Assembly: GCF_006345805.1 (NCBI RefSeq)
Contig: NC_042997.1
Coordinates: 129,580,001-129,644,000 of the forward strand
Length of the DNA stretch: 64,000 nt
Source of the DNA: Octopus sinensis
Taxonomy: Eukaryota
Direction of reading: 5' to 3'
Positions 1 through 12,385 of the stretch are shown one piece after another. The position numbers were made by a program, and so were the translations under genes. Numbering within the stretch: position 1 is the first letter of the stretch; each line of letters opens with the position of its first letter. Below the pieces are notes generated by a model. It saw only the letters and a list, made by a program, of their open reading frames with translations, was not told the DNA's origin and ran no database searches.

Positions 1-365
1 TTTCTCTTGCAGCTGTCTTATCAGAAGTATAGCATCAGTGGTAACTCCTTTGAGTATCACTTGGTTAACTATACAGGTGACTAGACTATAGCCTACACCG
101 CCAGATACTTTAACCCTTTTGTTACCAACCCGGCTGAAACCGGCTCTGGCTCTGTAGTACAAATGTTTAGTTTTCATAAGTTTTGCATTAAAATCTACCA
201 CCAAATCTTAGTCACAATTTATGTTCCTAACACAAGCTTAATGATAACTAAGTTATTTTACTAAATTCTTTGTTATATTTAAAATAACTGAAAGAAACAC
301 AGAGCTTCTCAAAATAAATACAGTAACAAAAGGGTTAAGCACCTGAGCAGTGATTCCTGATGGGA
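1..365 (-). mobile_element. RTE-clade LINE fragment (RT N-terminal region), interrupted by a MITE
   Basis: The reverse complement matches the + strand copy at 1430-1760 (ACCACTGATGCTAT..., ...ATCTGGCGGTGTAGGC...). It reads through once 114-334 is removed. Confidence 0.8.
114..334. mobile_element. piggyBac-type MITE
   Basis: TIRs CCCTTTTGTTAC / GTAACAAAAGGG, flanked by a TTAA duplication (110-113, 335-338). Confidence 0.85.
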
Positions 366-499
366 TCATTAAACTAATTTTGATAAAGCTAAAATTAGCC
401 TTAATGGTTTTTTTTTTCACAGCCTAATTATGTACTTCATTGAGTGTAGCAGGGGTCAGTTACTTTTGAATAAATACAGTACCTCTGTTCAAATAAGAA

Positions 500-2590
500 G
501 TAGGTCTTGGTTCCTGCAATGAGGAGGGAATCAGACTGCTGGAGTTCTGTGATGCAAATGATCTTATTGTTTCTAATACTAACTTCAGGAAACCTGCCAG
601 TCACCTAGTCATCTACCGGTCTGGTAGACACACTAGTCAGATTGACTACATCCTCACCAGGAAACGGGAAAGATGGCTACTTAAAAATGCCGAAACCTTC
701 CCAGGTGAAGAATGCACCTCACAACATAGGTTAGTAGTTAGTAACTTCAGGATCAGGGCTAAATGGATGCCCAGAAGATGACCAGCATGGAAAAGAAAAG
801 TCTGGAAGCTTAAGAATCCTGTGAATGGACAGATTTAGAGACGTATTACTCGAAGCTTTTGATGAAATAGAGGGGGTATAGCTTCACTTAATGTGGAAGA
901 CAACTGGAGGTTTCTACGGGACAACCTGTTGAAGGTTACTGACGAAATCTGTGGATGGTGTAAAGTCCCCTCTCAACCTGAGGTAATGTGGTAGTGAAAC
1001 AATGTAGTTGACAGGGCCATTAGGGAAAAGAAACAGGCATGGAAAGACTGGCAGAACGGTGGTAGCAGGGAACTGTATCAGATTGCCAGAAGGGAAGTTA
1101 GGAGACAGGTTTACTTAGCCAGAGGGGAAGCAGATAAGAGAAAATTTGCCAATGTTATGCATCATGAGGACCAAGGATTCATGTTACAAGACAGTGTGTA
1201 AGGGAGAATTGTGATGTCATAGGAAAGAAATGTGTCTGCATGGATAATGGCTCACTTGCATTTAAGGAGGCTGCAAAGAGAGAAACTTGGAGACACCACC
1301 ATGAAAGGTTGCTAGATGAAGAGAATGAATGGGAGTCTGCCAAATATCGAGCCAACAGAGGGATCAGCCATCCAAATTGACAGTACCTTGGTAGATAAAG
1401 CAATTAAGGGTATGAAGACAGGGTAAGCCCTTGGTCCATCATAAATCACCACAGAGATGCTTAAAATATCTGGTGGCGTTGGTCATAGTCTAGTCACCTG
1501 GGAGTCAATCAGATGTTACATGAAGGAGTCATACCCAATGACTGGTGTAGTAGCACCATAGGCAGTTACGACAAAGGTAAAGGTGATGCATTAGATAGGA
1601 ATAATTACAGAGGTATCATTTTGTTGGATCAGGTGATGGAAGTCATGGAGAAGGTCAAAGCTAGGGAGAGAGTCAGTTTAGATGAGATGCAGTTTGGGTT
1701 TGTGCCAGGGAGAAGCACCACTGATGCTATATTTCTGGTAAGACAGCTGCAGGAGAAATACCTAGCCAAAGATAAACATCTGTACTTGGCTTTTGTTGAC
1801 ATGGAGAAAACCTTTGACAGAGTTCCCCAATCCCTTATCTGGTGGTCAATGAGGAAACTAGGGATAGATGAGTGGTTAGTGACTGCTGTACAAGCCATGT
1901 ACAGGGATGCTGTCAGTATGGTGAGGGTTGGCAATGAGTATCGTGAAGAATTCTGGGAAGGGGTAGGGGTCCACCAAGGATCAGTCCCTAGCCCCCTCTT
2001 ATTCATCATAGTCCTCCAGACAATAACAGAGGAATTCAAGACAGGATGCCCCTGGGAGCTCCTCTATGCTGACGACCTTGCTCTAATTACTGAGTCACTA
2101 TCAGAACTTGAGGAGAAGTTTCAGATGTAGAAGCAATGTCTAGAATTGAAGGGCCTTAGAGTGAATCTAGCAAAAACCAATGTCTTAGTAAATAGGAAGG
2201 CAGACAAAATCACAAATCATTTCAGGTAGATGGCCCTGCTTGATCTGTAGGAATGGCATAGGTAGTAACTCCATGAGATGTGCCCAGTGTAAGCTATGAA
2301 CACATAAGAGGTGCAGCAATATCAAAGGAAGGCTAACTAGGAAGATAGTTTTTGTCTGTAGCAAATACACAGGGGCAATAAATACTGAAAATGTGCAGAA
2401 AACGGCTTCCATCACATTCCTGGATGAAAAACTAGAAGCAATTGATAGCTTCCATTACCTAGGTGACCTAGTCAATAGCAGGGGTGGATGCTCTGAGAGC
2501 GTAACTGCTAGAACAAGAATAGCCTGGCAAAGTCAAACTGTCCAACCCATACCAGCAGGGAAAGTAGATGTTAAACAGTGATGATGATTT
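500..2590 (+). mobile_element. Degenerate RTE-clade LINE: end of APE endonuclease, RT, PHD-like finger, then joined to the (GAT)n tail
   Basis: SQIDYIL endonuclease motif near 635-655. ORF 1513-2130 has NYRGIILL, QFGFVPGRSTTDAIF, AFVDMEKTFD, GVHQGSVPSPLLF and LLYADDL. Many stops and frameshifts. Confidence 0.93.
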
Positions 2591-2919
2591 ATCTGAAAAT
2601 AAAGAACCACCACCCCACTCAATGAAGTATATTATTTGGCTGTGGAAAAAAAAAACCCACTAAGGTTAATTTGAGCTTTATCAAAGTTTGTCTGATGGAT
2701 CCATTATCTAATATCCTCTCTAGCAATTTTACTTTTAACATACACTGCAGAGAAGTGAGACAAAGAGAAAGTAAGCATGAAGAATTTAAATGACTTTAGT
2801 ATCTAGTGAAAAACTACACATTATAGATCCACACACACACACTCTAAAGGACCCTGCAGTTGGTAATAGTGGTAGAGAAATTCTAATCAATGCATATAAG
2901 AAAAAAGATTTAGGTATCT

Positions 2920-3992
2920 GCAGAATAGATGACAACTGGGAATTTCTATGAAATAACCTGCTTGGGGCTACATATCAGTTATGTGGTTGGAGCACAGTAT
3001 CAGGCTAAAAGTAATGCTGAAAAGGGTTGTAAAGACTAAGTGACAGGCTTGGAAATTCCAGGAGGAAGGTGGTAGTACAGAGCATTACTACATGAGTAGA
3101 AGTGTAGCTAGGCAACAGGTATACTAGGCTAGGGGCCAAGCAGAAAGGAAGAGATTTGTGCATGTCCCGCAATGTGAGGATTAAAGGTGTGAAATGTTCA
3201 GGATTGCAACACAGAACCAAGATGTCATAGGTGAGAAGTGTATTCAGAACAATGAAGGTATACTTGCCATTGGTGTGGAAGACAAGAAAGAGGTAAGTGC
3301 TATTATGAAATGCTAAATGTGGAGAATGTATGGGATAAAGGGAAGCGTCTTCAAGCTGACTACACAAGGATCAGTAATTAAAGTTGATAGCAATGATTAA
3401 TTGATCAAGGACATGGAGAGGGAAAGCTGCACATATATCAGAAATAGTTGTAGAGATGCTCAAAATATCTGGAGGAGGAGGATATATGATTACAAACTGG
3501 ATAGCTAACCAAATTACATACGAAGGTGTATACAATGGCTGGTGTAGTAGTATCATACTAAACCACTACATAGACAACAAAGATACATTACAGAGAGGAA
3601 ATTATAGAGGAATCAAACTACTGGATCAGGTTATGAGCTCAGAGAGAGATTTATAGCTCAATTAATCTATGAGAGAGTAGACTTAGATGAGATGCAGCTT
3701 GGCTTTATGTCCAGAAGAGGTACTATGGATGCAATCTTCCTAGTGGGGCAACTCCAGAAGTACTTGGCTAAGAATAAACCACTATTCTTGGCACTCATTG
3801 ACCTGAAGGTTTTTGACAGGAACCACATTCAATAATTTGATGGTCACTAGGGGAACTAGGTGGAGACAAGTTGGCTTGTGAAGGCTGTTCAAGTTATGTA
3901 CAAAGATGCAGTAAGTAAAATGTCAACAAATGATTTCATTGCTAAAAAATAGTGTGTGGATAAGAATTCATCAAGGTTCAGTCCTTGGTTCC
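2920..3992 (+). mobile_element. Older, more diverged RTE LINE fragment
   Basis: MLKISGG...NYRGIKLLDQV (ORF 3456-3656) and an HQGSVL-like motif near 3968-3990. Heavily frameshifted. Confidence 0.8.
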
Positions 3993-5431
3993 CTAACACC
4001 ACCCACTTCAGAGAATGTACTGGGTGCTTTTTAGGTGGTACCAGCACTGACAGGGTCACCAAGTACCTTGCAAGACAAAACCCCCTCAGCTGGGAGGGGG
4101 TGGCTTTGTGCCAGTTGAGAGATTAAAGGTATCGAGGGCATCCAGCTGTAAAAACCTGTGGATCCAGGCCTTGCCAGCTCCTGTCAAACTGTCTAAACCC
4201 ATGCCACCATGGAAAATGTATGTTAAATGATGATTATATATATTAGGGCAATAGAGAGAAATGAAGGGAAAGAGCAAGTGATGGATAGATACCAAATATT
4301 TTCAAGTAATAACTAAAATCTAAACAATGATTTCTAGCATTATTTCAGTATGAAGTATGCATATATTAGAAAATAATAATTCAACTTGAGATTGAATTAA
4401 GTAGGAGTTCAGTATGGGAGTTAAAAATAATGAAGTGTCAACATATCTAAATCTTTAGAAATATCACTTGGCATCCACTTATGGTATGAGTGTGTGTGTG
4501 TATATTCATATATACTCATCACCATTATCTAATACCTGTGTTCCATGTTGGCATTGCTGGACAGACAATGATCCAATGAATCAACGACAGTATTGTACTC
4601 CAGTGTCTACTTTGGCATGATTTCTATGGCTGGCTGCCCTTCTTAATGTCAACTACTTCACAGTGTGTACTAGGTGCCTTTTTGTTCCACTGGCACTATC
4701 GAGGTCACTTCGTGTAGCTTGCAAGTCAATAAACCCAGGGAAGGAGGATGTTGCCTCTGTATACTAGAAAGAGGTTAAGGTGTAAGGGAAGAAGTTAGAA
4801 AAGAGCATGTTTTTGTTGTAGAGGGGCTACATGACTACACATATTTAGGAGAAGAGTGAGAATGAATTAGCTGAATCTACAAGGAGATAGACAGTAGTCC
4901 AGGTGGCATTTCAGAGAGCAGGAGCTGTAGCAGGTGGGGAAAATGGGGTTTGCAAGAGTGGGGGGAGAGACAGGGGAAGTGGAAAAGAGAGGCAGGCAAC
5001 ATCTGTAAGGATTGAGGGGAGCGGGTGCACGAGTTGGGGAGGCTACACAGATTCTACCTGTATGGTAGTAACCCTGTAGGATACTGCTGACAGCGGGAGG
5101 AGAGAGACAGATACTGATGTGTTCTGCAGGAGAAGAACAGAGATAAAACAGGTATAATGCACGAGATAATTTGGTAGTCCAGGGAGAGGGAGCACCACTG
5201 TGACATGTGAGTATGGAGAACAATAGTAATGGATAAAGAATGGTTAACAAGTGGGATGGTTCTGGATTGTAAGAGAGAAAAGTGGTAGCAAGATGGTGTG
5301 GAGCGCAACACAAGGCAGGGATTGATTGATCAGGGTACTCATACACACAGTCCAACCCATGCATGCCAGCATGGAAAATGGACATCAGATGATGATACAC
5401 TCAAGCACACATATGCACAATTATATCCTCA

Positions 5432-6558
5432 CTGTTAAACATCCATTTTCCATGCTGGTATGGGTTGGATGGTTTGACTAAGGGCTGGCAAGCCAGAAGG
5501 CTGCACCAGTCTCCAATCTGATCCAGCAAAGTATCTACAGCTTGATGTCCTTCCTAATGCCAACCACTCCAAGAGTGTAGTGGGTGCTTTTACATGCTAC
5601 CGGCATGAGGGCCAGTCAGGCAGTACTGGCATCAGCCACACTCAAATGCTTTTTATGTGCCACCTGCACAGGAGCCAGTCTGCGGCCCAAGCAACAATCA
5701 TGCTGGAATGGTGCTTTTAACATTCCACTGGCACAGGTGCCAATCAGGCAGTACTGTCATTGGCCACGACAGCGGAAGCTGACTTCTAGAAGTCAGCTTT
5801 ATCATAACAGGCAAGTTTACATAAAAACCTCATACTGCCAGATATGGTCCTTTGTCATTTCCTGTGAGGCTCTTCCTTGTCTACAGGCTCCAGCTACATT
5901 TAGTGATCAGCATATTTTTATACAGCTGTCCTCATCCATGCAAATCCTGTGTCTATACCTGCACAGTCATCTTTCTTGCACACTACACCTGATTCCTCTT
6001 ACGCCCAGCCTTTCTCTTTGCACATTTATACCATGACATTCATAATGTATATCCAATGGAGCATACTAACTTCACTTCTTTCCGGTATTTTAATCTCCTC
6101 TGCATTCAAGGCCCATATCTCACTACCATGCAGCATTGCAGTTCTAACACAAGCATAATATAATCAACCTTTCACTGAAGGAAAAACCCTTTGTTACCAA
6201 CAGTGGTAAAAACTCCTTGAGCATTTTCCAGTCCATTCTTAATCTGGTTACTATGCTTTCAGAGCAGTCACCTCCCTTGCTAATTATATCTTCTAAGTAA
6301 CAAAGCTTAAATGATCCACCTGGGTATTTAAGAGATTTAATTTTTGGAGCACTAGTACGAACTGCTCTCGTGCATCTACCACATGTGAAGCCTACATTTT
6401 CAGAAAGTTTGCCAATGATTCTGCTACATCGCTTGTGCATCCACAGCTTACACTGAGTAGAGAGTATGGCGTTTACACCAACTCCTTTTTTGCATATCAA
6501 GCAAGGTCATTTCCCTGAAGGTACCAGAGTCCTGTCTTCTTTCTTACTTATTAAAACC
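5432..6558 (-). mobile_element. RTE LINE 3' part (PHD-like finger, C-terminus, 3' UTR hairpin array, tail)
   Basis: ORF 6144-6500 CKKGVGVNAILSTQCKLWMHKRC...CGRC...CYLEDII. Reverse-complement 3' UTR units at 5583-5770. Confidence 0.88.
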
Positions 6559-6560
6559 TT

Positions 6561-7192
6561 TAGGGCGACCTGCTGTGCTTGAGGAGACCTACTGAGTCAA
6601 GTACATCAAAATAAAAATCAAATGGATACTGTAGTTGTGATACCCGTGCTGGTGGCATGTTGGACCTCATAGAGGAAATGACGAAAGACCGAGACCTCTG
6701 AGATATGCTGTGACTGCGAAGACCTGACAAATGAAGTGAGTTCATGGCTCGCAGGATGGCCTGCTGTGCTAACCTTAGATCATAGAGTGACCCGCTGTGC
6801 TTGAGGAGACCTATTGAGTCAAGTACGTCAACACCAACATCAAAATAAAAATCAAATGGAAATTGTAGTTAAGATACCCATGCCGGTGGCACGTAAAAAG
6901 CACCATCCACACATGGCTGATACCAGAACCGCCTGACTGGCATCCGGGTTGGTGACACGTAAAAAGCACCAACGATCGTGGCCATTTGCCAGCCTCCTCT
7001 GGCCCCTGTGCTGGTGGCACGTAAAAAGCACCCACTACATTCACGGAGTGGTTGGCGTTAGGAAGGGCATCCAGCAGTAGAAACACTGCCAGATCAGACT
7101 GGAGCCTGGTGCAGCCTCCTGGCTTCCCAGACCCCGGTCGAACTGTCCAATCCATGCTAGTATGGAAAACAGACATTAAACAATGATGATGG
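6561..7192 (+). mobile_element. 5'-truncated RTE copy (ORF end plus 3' UTR array) inserted in the opposite orientation into an older RTE
   Basis: GTGCCGGTGGCACGTAAAAAGCACC-type units, the GGAAGGGCATCC core and a GAT tail. The flanking minus-strand RTE resumes at 7193. Confidence 0.85.
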
Positions 7193-7480
7193 TTACCTTA
7201 AGGCCTTTCAATTCTATGTTTAGCTACCATTCTTGGAATTTCTTCTCCAAATCCTCTATGGATTCAGTTACGAGGACTAGTCATTAGTGTACAGGGCAGC
7301 CAGTGTTAAACTCCTTTGTGATGGATAGGAGAGGGCTGAGAGCCCTGATGGATTCTAACCCTCACACTAAATTCCTCACTGAAATTGTTGACTCTTCACT
7401 TTATTGCATCTTTGTACATGGCTTGCACAGCTCTCAAAAGCCATTTGTTAATACTTAATTTCCTTAGTGACCACTAGGTT
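7193..7480 (-). mobile_element. RTE RT fragment (continuation of 5432-6558)
   Basis: The reverse complement gives degenerate WSLRKL / VQAMYKDA / HQGS motifs. Confidence 0.75.
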
Positions 7481-8599
7481 ACTCTATGTATGCATGTATG
7501 AATTTTTATATAAACCTACAGTCTCACCTTCTTGCAAGTGGTTTGTTTCTAGTGAAAACATGTCCAGCCATAGGGAAATATTATCTTAGTTGGAAATATG
7601 TGGAGTTGGTGATAGGAAGGGCATCTGGTTAAAGAAAATCTGCTTCAACAAACTAACCCATACAAGCATGGATGTTAAAGATATATATACACACACACAC
7701 ACAATATGTGGGATAAACTGGCTTTGGGAAGAATGACAAGTGGACATTGGCAGCTGTAGTAAAGTTATGTGGTATATTACAGCTGGTGAGTGTAGGTATG
7801 TGTTGTCTGATAACAATCAGGTGTACATAGAGAAAATGTAGTCTGGTTTGTTGAAGTAGTAGTTACATATGAGCTAGCAACTTTGTAGGAAAATACATTA
7901 AAGAAGCCATATCCAAAAAATAAAGCTTCTTCCACAAGCATACACTAACAGTAAAGCAGTGAAATATAATTGAGCTTTATTTTCAAATACTTTACCATTC
8001 ATAATATCGGTGGTCTGGACAAAACTTTCAACATTCTTCTACTTGGTTGTCATATACTGTTTACAACATTCACAACCAGTGTTTTGTTAATGATTTATTG
8101 CTATTTACTTTCTCTGTAAGATCCTCTTATTTTCTAGGTTTGTCGTGTTAGGATATCAACAAAAACTTATCTGTCCTATTAGTCAAGTTCATTTCCTTCT
8201 AGGTATAGATTTTAAGCTGTTGCCAACTTCTGGTATTTTTAAAATTTTGCTACAGTTACAGTTGATTTTTCTGGGTTAGTAGCTGGGAATCAATTGTTTT
8301 ACTCAGCTGAAATGTTAACTTCAATATACCAAGCACAAAGTGTACATGTTTGCAAATGCTACCTGCAATATCATAATGTAGCAAAGTAGCGATTTGTTAC
8401 ATTAAGATATATACCTGAACTACTGATGGCTTTGTTATAAAGTTTTAGAAGGAGAACCTGTTTGGAGCAACAGATGTATTTGCTAAATACAAGTACGCAA
8501 ATCTAGTGTAAAATATCAATTATATAAATTACATACAGAAAGAAATGAATGAAAATAAACAGGACTGCAATGATAGGAACTACAACAACTATCCATATA

Positions 8600-9850
8600 G
8601 TTGATATACTTACTCTTCCTCACTGGCACTCATCTGAGTCTTTAACCCCACTGCATCACATAGACTGCAAGCTCTACTTCCTCCCAAGCTGTAGCCAGTT
8701 GTTCTGGTTCCTTGCCAAAAGTTCTCTCAATTTTTGGAATCTTACCAAATATCTCCTCAACCATAATGGTTCTGTATGTACCTCCACAGAGAAAGCTTCA
8801 ATGTTTTCATACTTGGTAAAACTCTACAAAAACTTCCTATATCTATTCTACCAAGCTTATCACTACCTATATATACATATCAAGTATAAAAATGCTTTTG
8901 GTTATTCCATACCAACAAGAGCAATGACTCTGACAACATACCCTCCATTAATCTCAAACAGTGGCATACCCTTGCCAAATCTCTTCAAAATTTCTTTTTC
9001 TATAGAAATCTACTCTGGTTTTTGGAAACATGCTATAGTATGTTCCATCTCCAGGAAGATAAACTCCTATGATCTGTCAACTATCAATCTGTTGCTCTCA
9101 CTTCCAACAACTCGGGAAGTCATGGAAACAGTTGCAAACAACAACTCTCCTTAGCAAATCCTACAGAGCCAGGTCTGCAGGAGCCTGCTTTTCGTTGTCA
9201 TTTACAGAAGTTCACTCTTTTGGCTCCATCTGACTCTAGACTCTTAATCATAGATTAGAAGCTTCTAGTAGGATGATACTCATACAGCTTCTTTAGACAA
9301 GGTTATCTTTGACTTGCACTTCATCAACTCAGGTGTACTCCTAAGGCTTGATTATATCACTCATACTATTTTGTACATTATTGATCAACTTATCTTCAAC
9401 AAAATTCATTCCTATGCAAATAATACCACTCTTCATTCCTCACCCAGTAAGTATCATACAAGACTTCATAACTCATGATCCTTTCTGGTTTTCTCACTCT
9501 CATAATTTATCAAAAATTGTGTTCTAAAGAATAGCTTTCCTGTTTATAGCAAAATACTTCAGCCCAAAGCTAGTGAGACCCACAATGGAATTTTGGTTCC
9601 ACATTTGAGATGGTGATATTGCTATACATGAAAACATCCCAGAATGCATTTGAAATATCTAGCTGATTAGCAGGAACTCATCATCACCCTACTACAACCT
9701 CTAACCCACAGGTACAGCATCTCTTCAATCAGCCTAATCTACTATTAATACAACCTTGCATCCAGAAAAACTAGTCGCATACCACTTCTGCTAAAGCCTA
9801 CATGCCTCTCCTAACAGGCACTACACTAACCACTATGCCCAACCCATCCT
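8600..9850 (+). mobile_element. Highly degenerate CR1/jockey-group LINE relic
   Basis: LFKISFSIEIYSGFWKHAIVCSISRK resembles the LINE RT-entry motif LF...FP..WK.A.V.PI.KK. Confidence 0.5.
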
Positions 9851-11159
9851 CCTCTAGAATTGACTTTCCATAAATATTGACTCATATGTTTAAGCTGATT
9901 AGACTATGCAGTCCTTTCCTAATGAGTGTACATACAAAATGAGAAAACAAAAAAAAAATCTACCAAATACTTAAGTCTTTCTGACAGTTCTCCTTTGAAC
10001 CAATGAGAGAACTTTTATGTGGTGACTCAACTTGCAAGAAATAGTGACTGAACCTCCTTCAAATCACACCATCTTAAACTATGCTTTCCTGAATTTTTAT
10101 TCTTATACTTTTTTCCATATTCACTTCCACAGTTCCTCTCACCAGGTACCTTCATCATTTCTCCACACATGACTCAGCCATCTCATCTCATTTCACTTCA
10201 TGACTTGCTCATTTTCTATCATTCCCTGCAATTTCATGTTCTCCACTTTCTGAACTAAATGCAAGCCTTCAACTTTTTAGAACAGTAAGATTGTATTATG
10301 TTCATAACTTTCTATAACATATGAGTAGCAAAAATAAGTTTTAACTAAGAATCAAAACTGGATGACAGAATCTGCTCAGTAATAGCTCTCATCTGTTACT
10401 AATAGAATGCAAACTGCCCATTCAAAAGAGCATACCAGGCATATATATTATTTTCAAAATTTTATTTATGTCACACTTTTTATACTTCATAGCATGCCTT
10501 TTGTGCAGAAAAAATAAAACGCTTTTAACTTCCTGAATATCACATGTTTCTTACTGCAGCTACCGTACATCTACTACAAAAATCTTAAATACTAATTAGG
10601 TCACAGAAATTTACTTCTAATGAGCCACTGAGCACACCATGAGTACTCAGACTATTAACTACTTCTGTACAGCTGAAGACTGAATTCCCAATCAATCTAC
10701 CAGAGATCCTTAGCACTTTTTGTGAAGCTACTGCTTGCACTGACTATATAATATTGAAATTCCCACCAATTTCCATAACAATAATAGTTACATGTATAGT
10801 TTAGTGTTTGAACAAACTAGTTGCTTTTTCTACTTTGGAAGAATGAACTGCTACGGTTAGACTTTAACAAGATCTGAAAAAAATTTATAAATCAACAGGT
10901 GAAATATTTCAGTGTTTTGTTACTGAGCCATCAGCTGTTGGAACCTTTTTATTCTGCTAATTTTTTGCCTGTTGTCTAGTTGCTCAAGACGTGGTCCCAA
11001 TAATACAGAAATTAGCTTAGGTACTATATTAGCATAATGGGTAACATAACTAATACCGATATTATTGTTAGTACTATTGCTATAATAGTTGTAGGTATCA
11101 TTGGTATTAACTGTTGTTATTGTTTTTTATTTGATGCTGAAGAGAAGTTTTAGCCAGCT

Positions 11160-11212
11160 TTCTATTGGCTATATAAAGTCAGTACCGCTTCTATTGGTTG
11201 TTATATATAATA
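11160..11212 (+). promoter_or_regulatory. Candidate upstream promoter (two inverted CCAAT boxes, TATA-like boxes)
   Basis: TTCTATTGG occurs twice (ATTGG at 11164 and 11193). TATATAAA at 11170 and TATATAA near 11204, in repeat-free DNA. Confidence 0.45.
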
Positions 11213-11266
11213 TTGAGTAATCGTTATAACTATCCGACCGACCTACCAAGTTCTATCTCTATAGCC

Positions 11267-11336
11267 ATGATGAGAAACAAATATTCAGATATACAAAGAC
11301 ATCCTCCGAATATTAAGGGGACAGTCGCATCAGAGG
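11267..11336 (+). CDS. Candidate alternative first coding exon (1a) of CNEP1R1, MMRNKYSDIQRHPPNIKGTVASE
   Basis: GCCATG start, 23 codons + G, donor G/GTAGGT. Phase 1, matching exon 2. No homology support. Confidence 0.4.
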
Positions 11337-12234
11337 GTAGGTGATATTAATTTGTACGGACTAATCTTTTTTATAATTGCTTTCATTGTTGTTGTAATTG
11401 GTTTAACATGTTTCGTAAAAATAACCACATATAGTCACAGTGGTGATGGGATGTGTCACGAAGGTATATTCTAGTAACATACAGCTCGTTATAGATATTT
11501 TGTATGAAAAGAAAACCACTGCAAACCTTTGAAATGTTGAATTTTATTTCAAATGCATGAAACAGTGTGATAAGAATAATTTTTCAAGATATTTTTGTAG
11601 TAGTATCTCTTTAACATTTTCATTATTTTACAAAATTAAATGCTTCGAAATACTGCATTAAGTAAATAAGACGTGCTACATTTAACATAGTTCACTTTTT
11701 TTTATAAACTATGTTTTAACAGATCGATAAGTTCTGGATATATATTTATACATAGGCGATATAATATTGAAACAATACAGCAACGTGTTATATAGGTGGA
11801 AGTAGCTTTACTGACACTAATAACGAAAACAGTGACATTTTAGCCTCAATGGAAGGATTCTGGGAGCAACGAGTTGTCATTTTAAGATTAGGTAGTAATA
11901 ATAAGAAAAGCTAAATAAACAAACTTTGTTAAAGGATTACTAAAAGACGACAATGTTGTAGACAGACAATAGTAAGTGACAGAGGGAGAGAGACGCCATT
12001 TTAGCAGTGCTAGGTTAGTGAGGCAACGATGGCAATTTCAACAGACATTATCATTTATACTGCATTGATGTGTGTTTTATAAAGGAAAAAATTAATGAAT
12101 TCACCATTCATTTAAACTAAAACCACTGCTTTTAATATAATATAAACGTTTGGCCAAGAAAACAAATACTTACGTCAGCTTCGGCTTAGAACCTAGATGA
12201 GGACGCTTGTGCAGTGTATGAAGAGAAACATTAG

Positions 12235-12272
12235 TGTTGATTGGTTGTTGGAATTGTAGTTAACCAATGGTA
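12235..12272. promoter_or_regulatory. Bidirectional-promoter-like core upstream of CNEP1R1 exon 1
   Basis: ATTGG (12240), TGGAATTGTAGTT (reverse complement AACTACAATTCCA, ZNF143/THAP11-like) and CCAAT (12264). YY1-like CGCCATTTT at 11994-12002. Repeat-free, relatively CpG-rich zone. Confidence 0.55.
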
Positions 12273-12363
12273 GATGTCGTTAGATATCTGTGTGCGTGTG
12301 TGTATGTGTACACCAAACCCAAGTGTCTACCATCGCATGTGGCCGACAGTTAAGAAGAAAAAT

Positions 12364-12385
12364 ATGTCTTTTGAACAAACAGAAG
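12364..12385 (+). CDS. CNEP1R1: CNEP1R1 coding exon 1 (MSFEQTE + G)
   Basis: ATG TCT TTT GAA CAA ACA GAA G/GTGAGA. Resembles the recalled vertebrate N-terminus MNSLEQAE-DLKAFERR. Phase 1 joins exon 2. Confidence 0.85.

Noticed and set aside
1513-2130. Functional reverse transcriptase gene
   Set aside because: Fragment of a LINE with stops and frameshifts on both sides.
4867-5400. 177-aa ORF and similar ORFs at 25497-25849 and 32910-33212
   Set aside because: Antisense to purine-rich low-complexity DNA; no protein-like features.
11940-11999. Minus-strand ORF MASLSLCHLLLSVYNIVVF*
   Set aside because: Only 19 codons with no donor before the stop; better explained as a YY1-like motif.
12274-12363. 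30-aa in-frame N-terminal extension of CNEP1R1 from the ATG at 12274
   Set aside because: It starts within the promoter motifs and crosses a GT repeat; the ATG at 12364 fits the family N-terminus.
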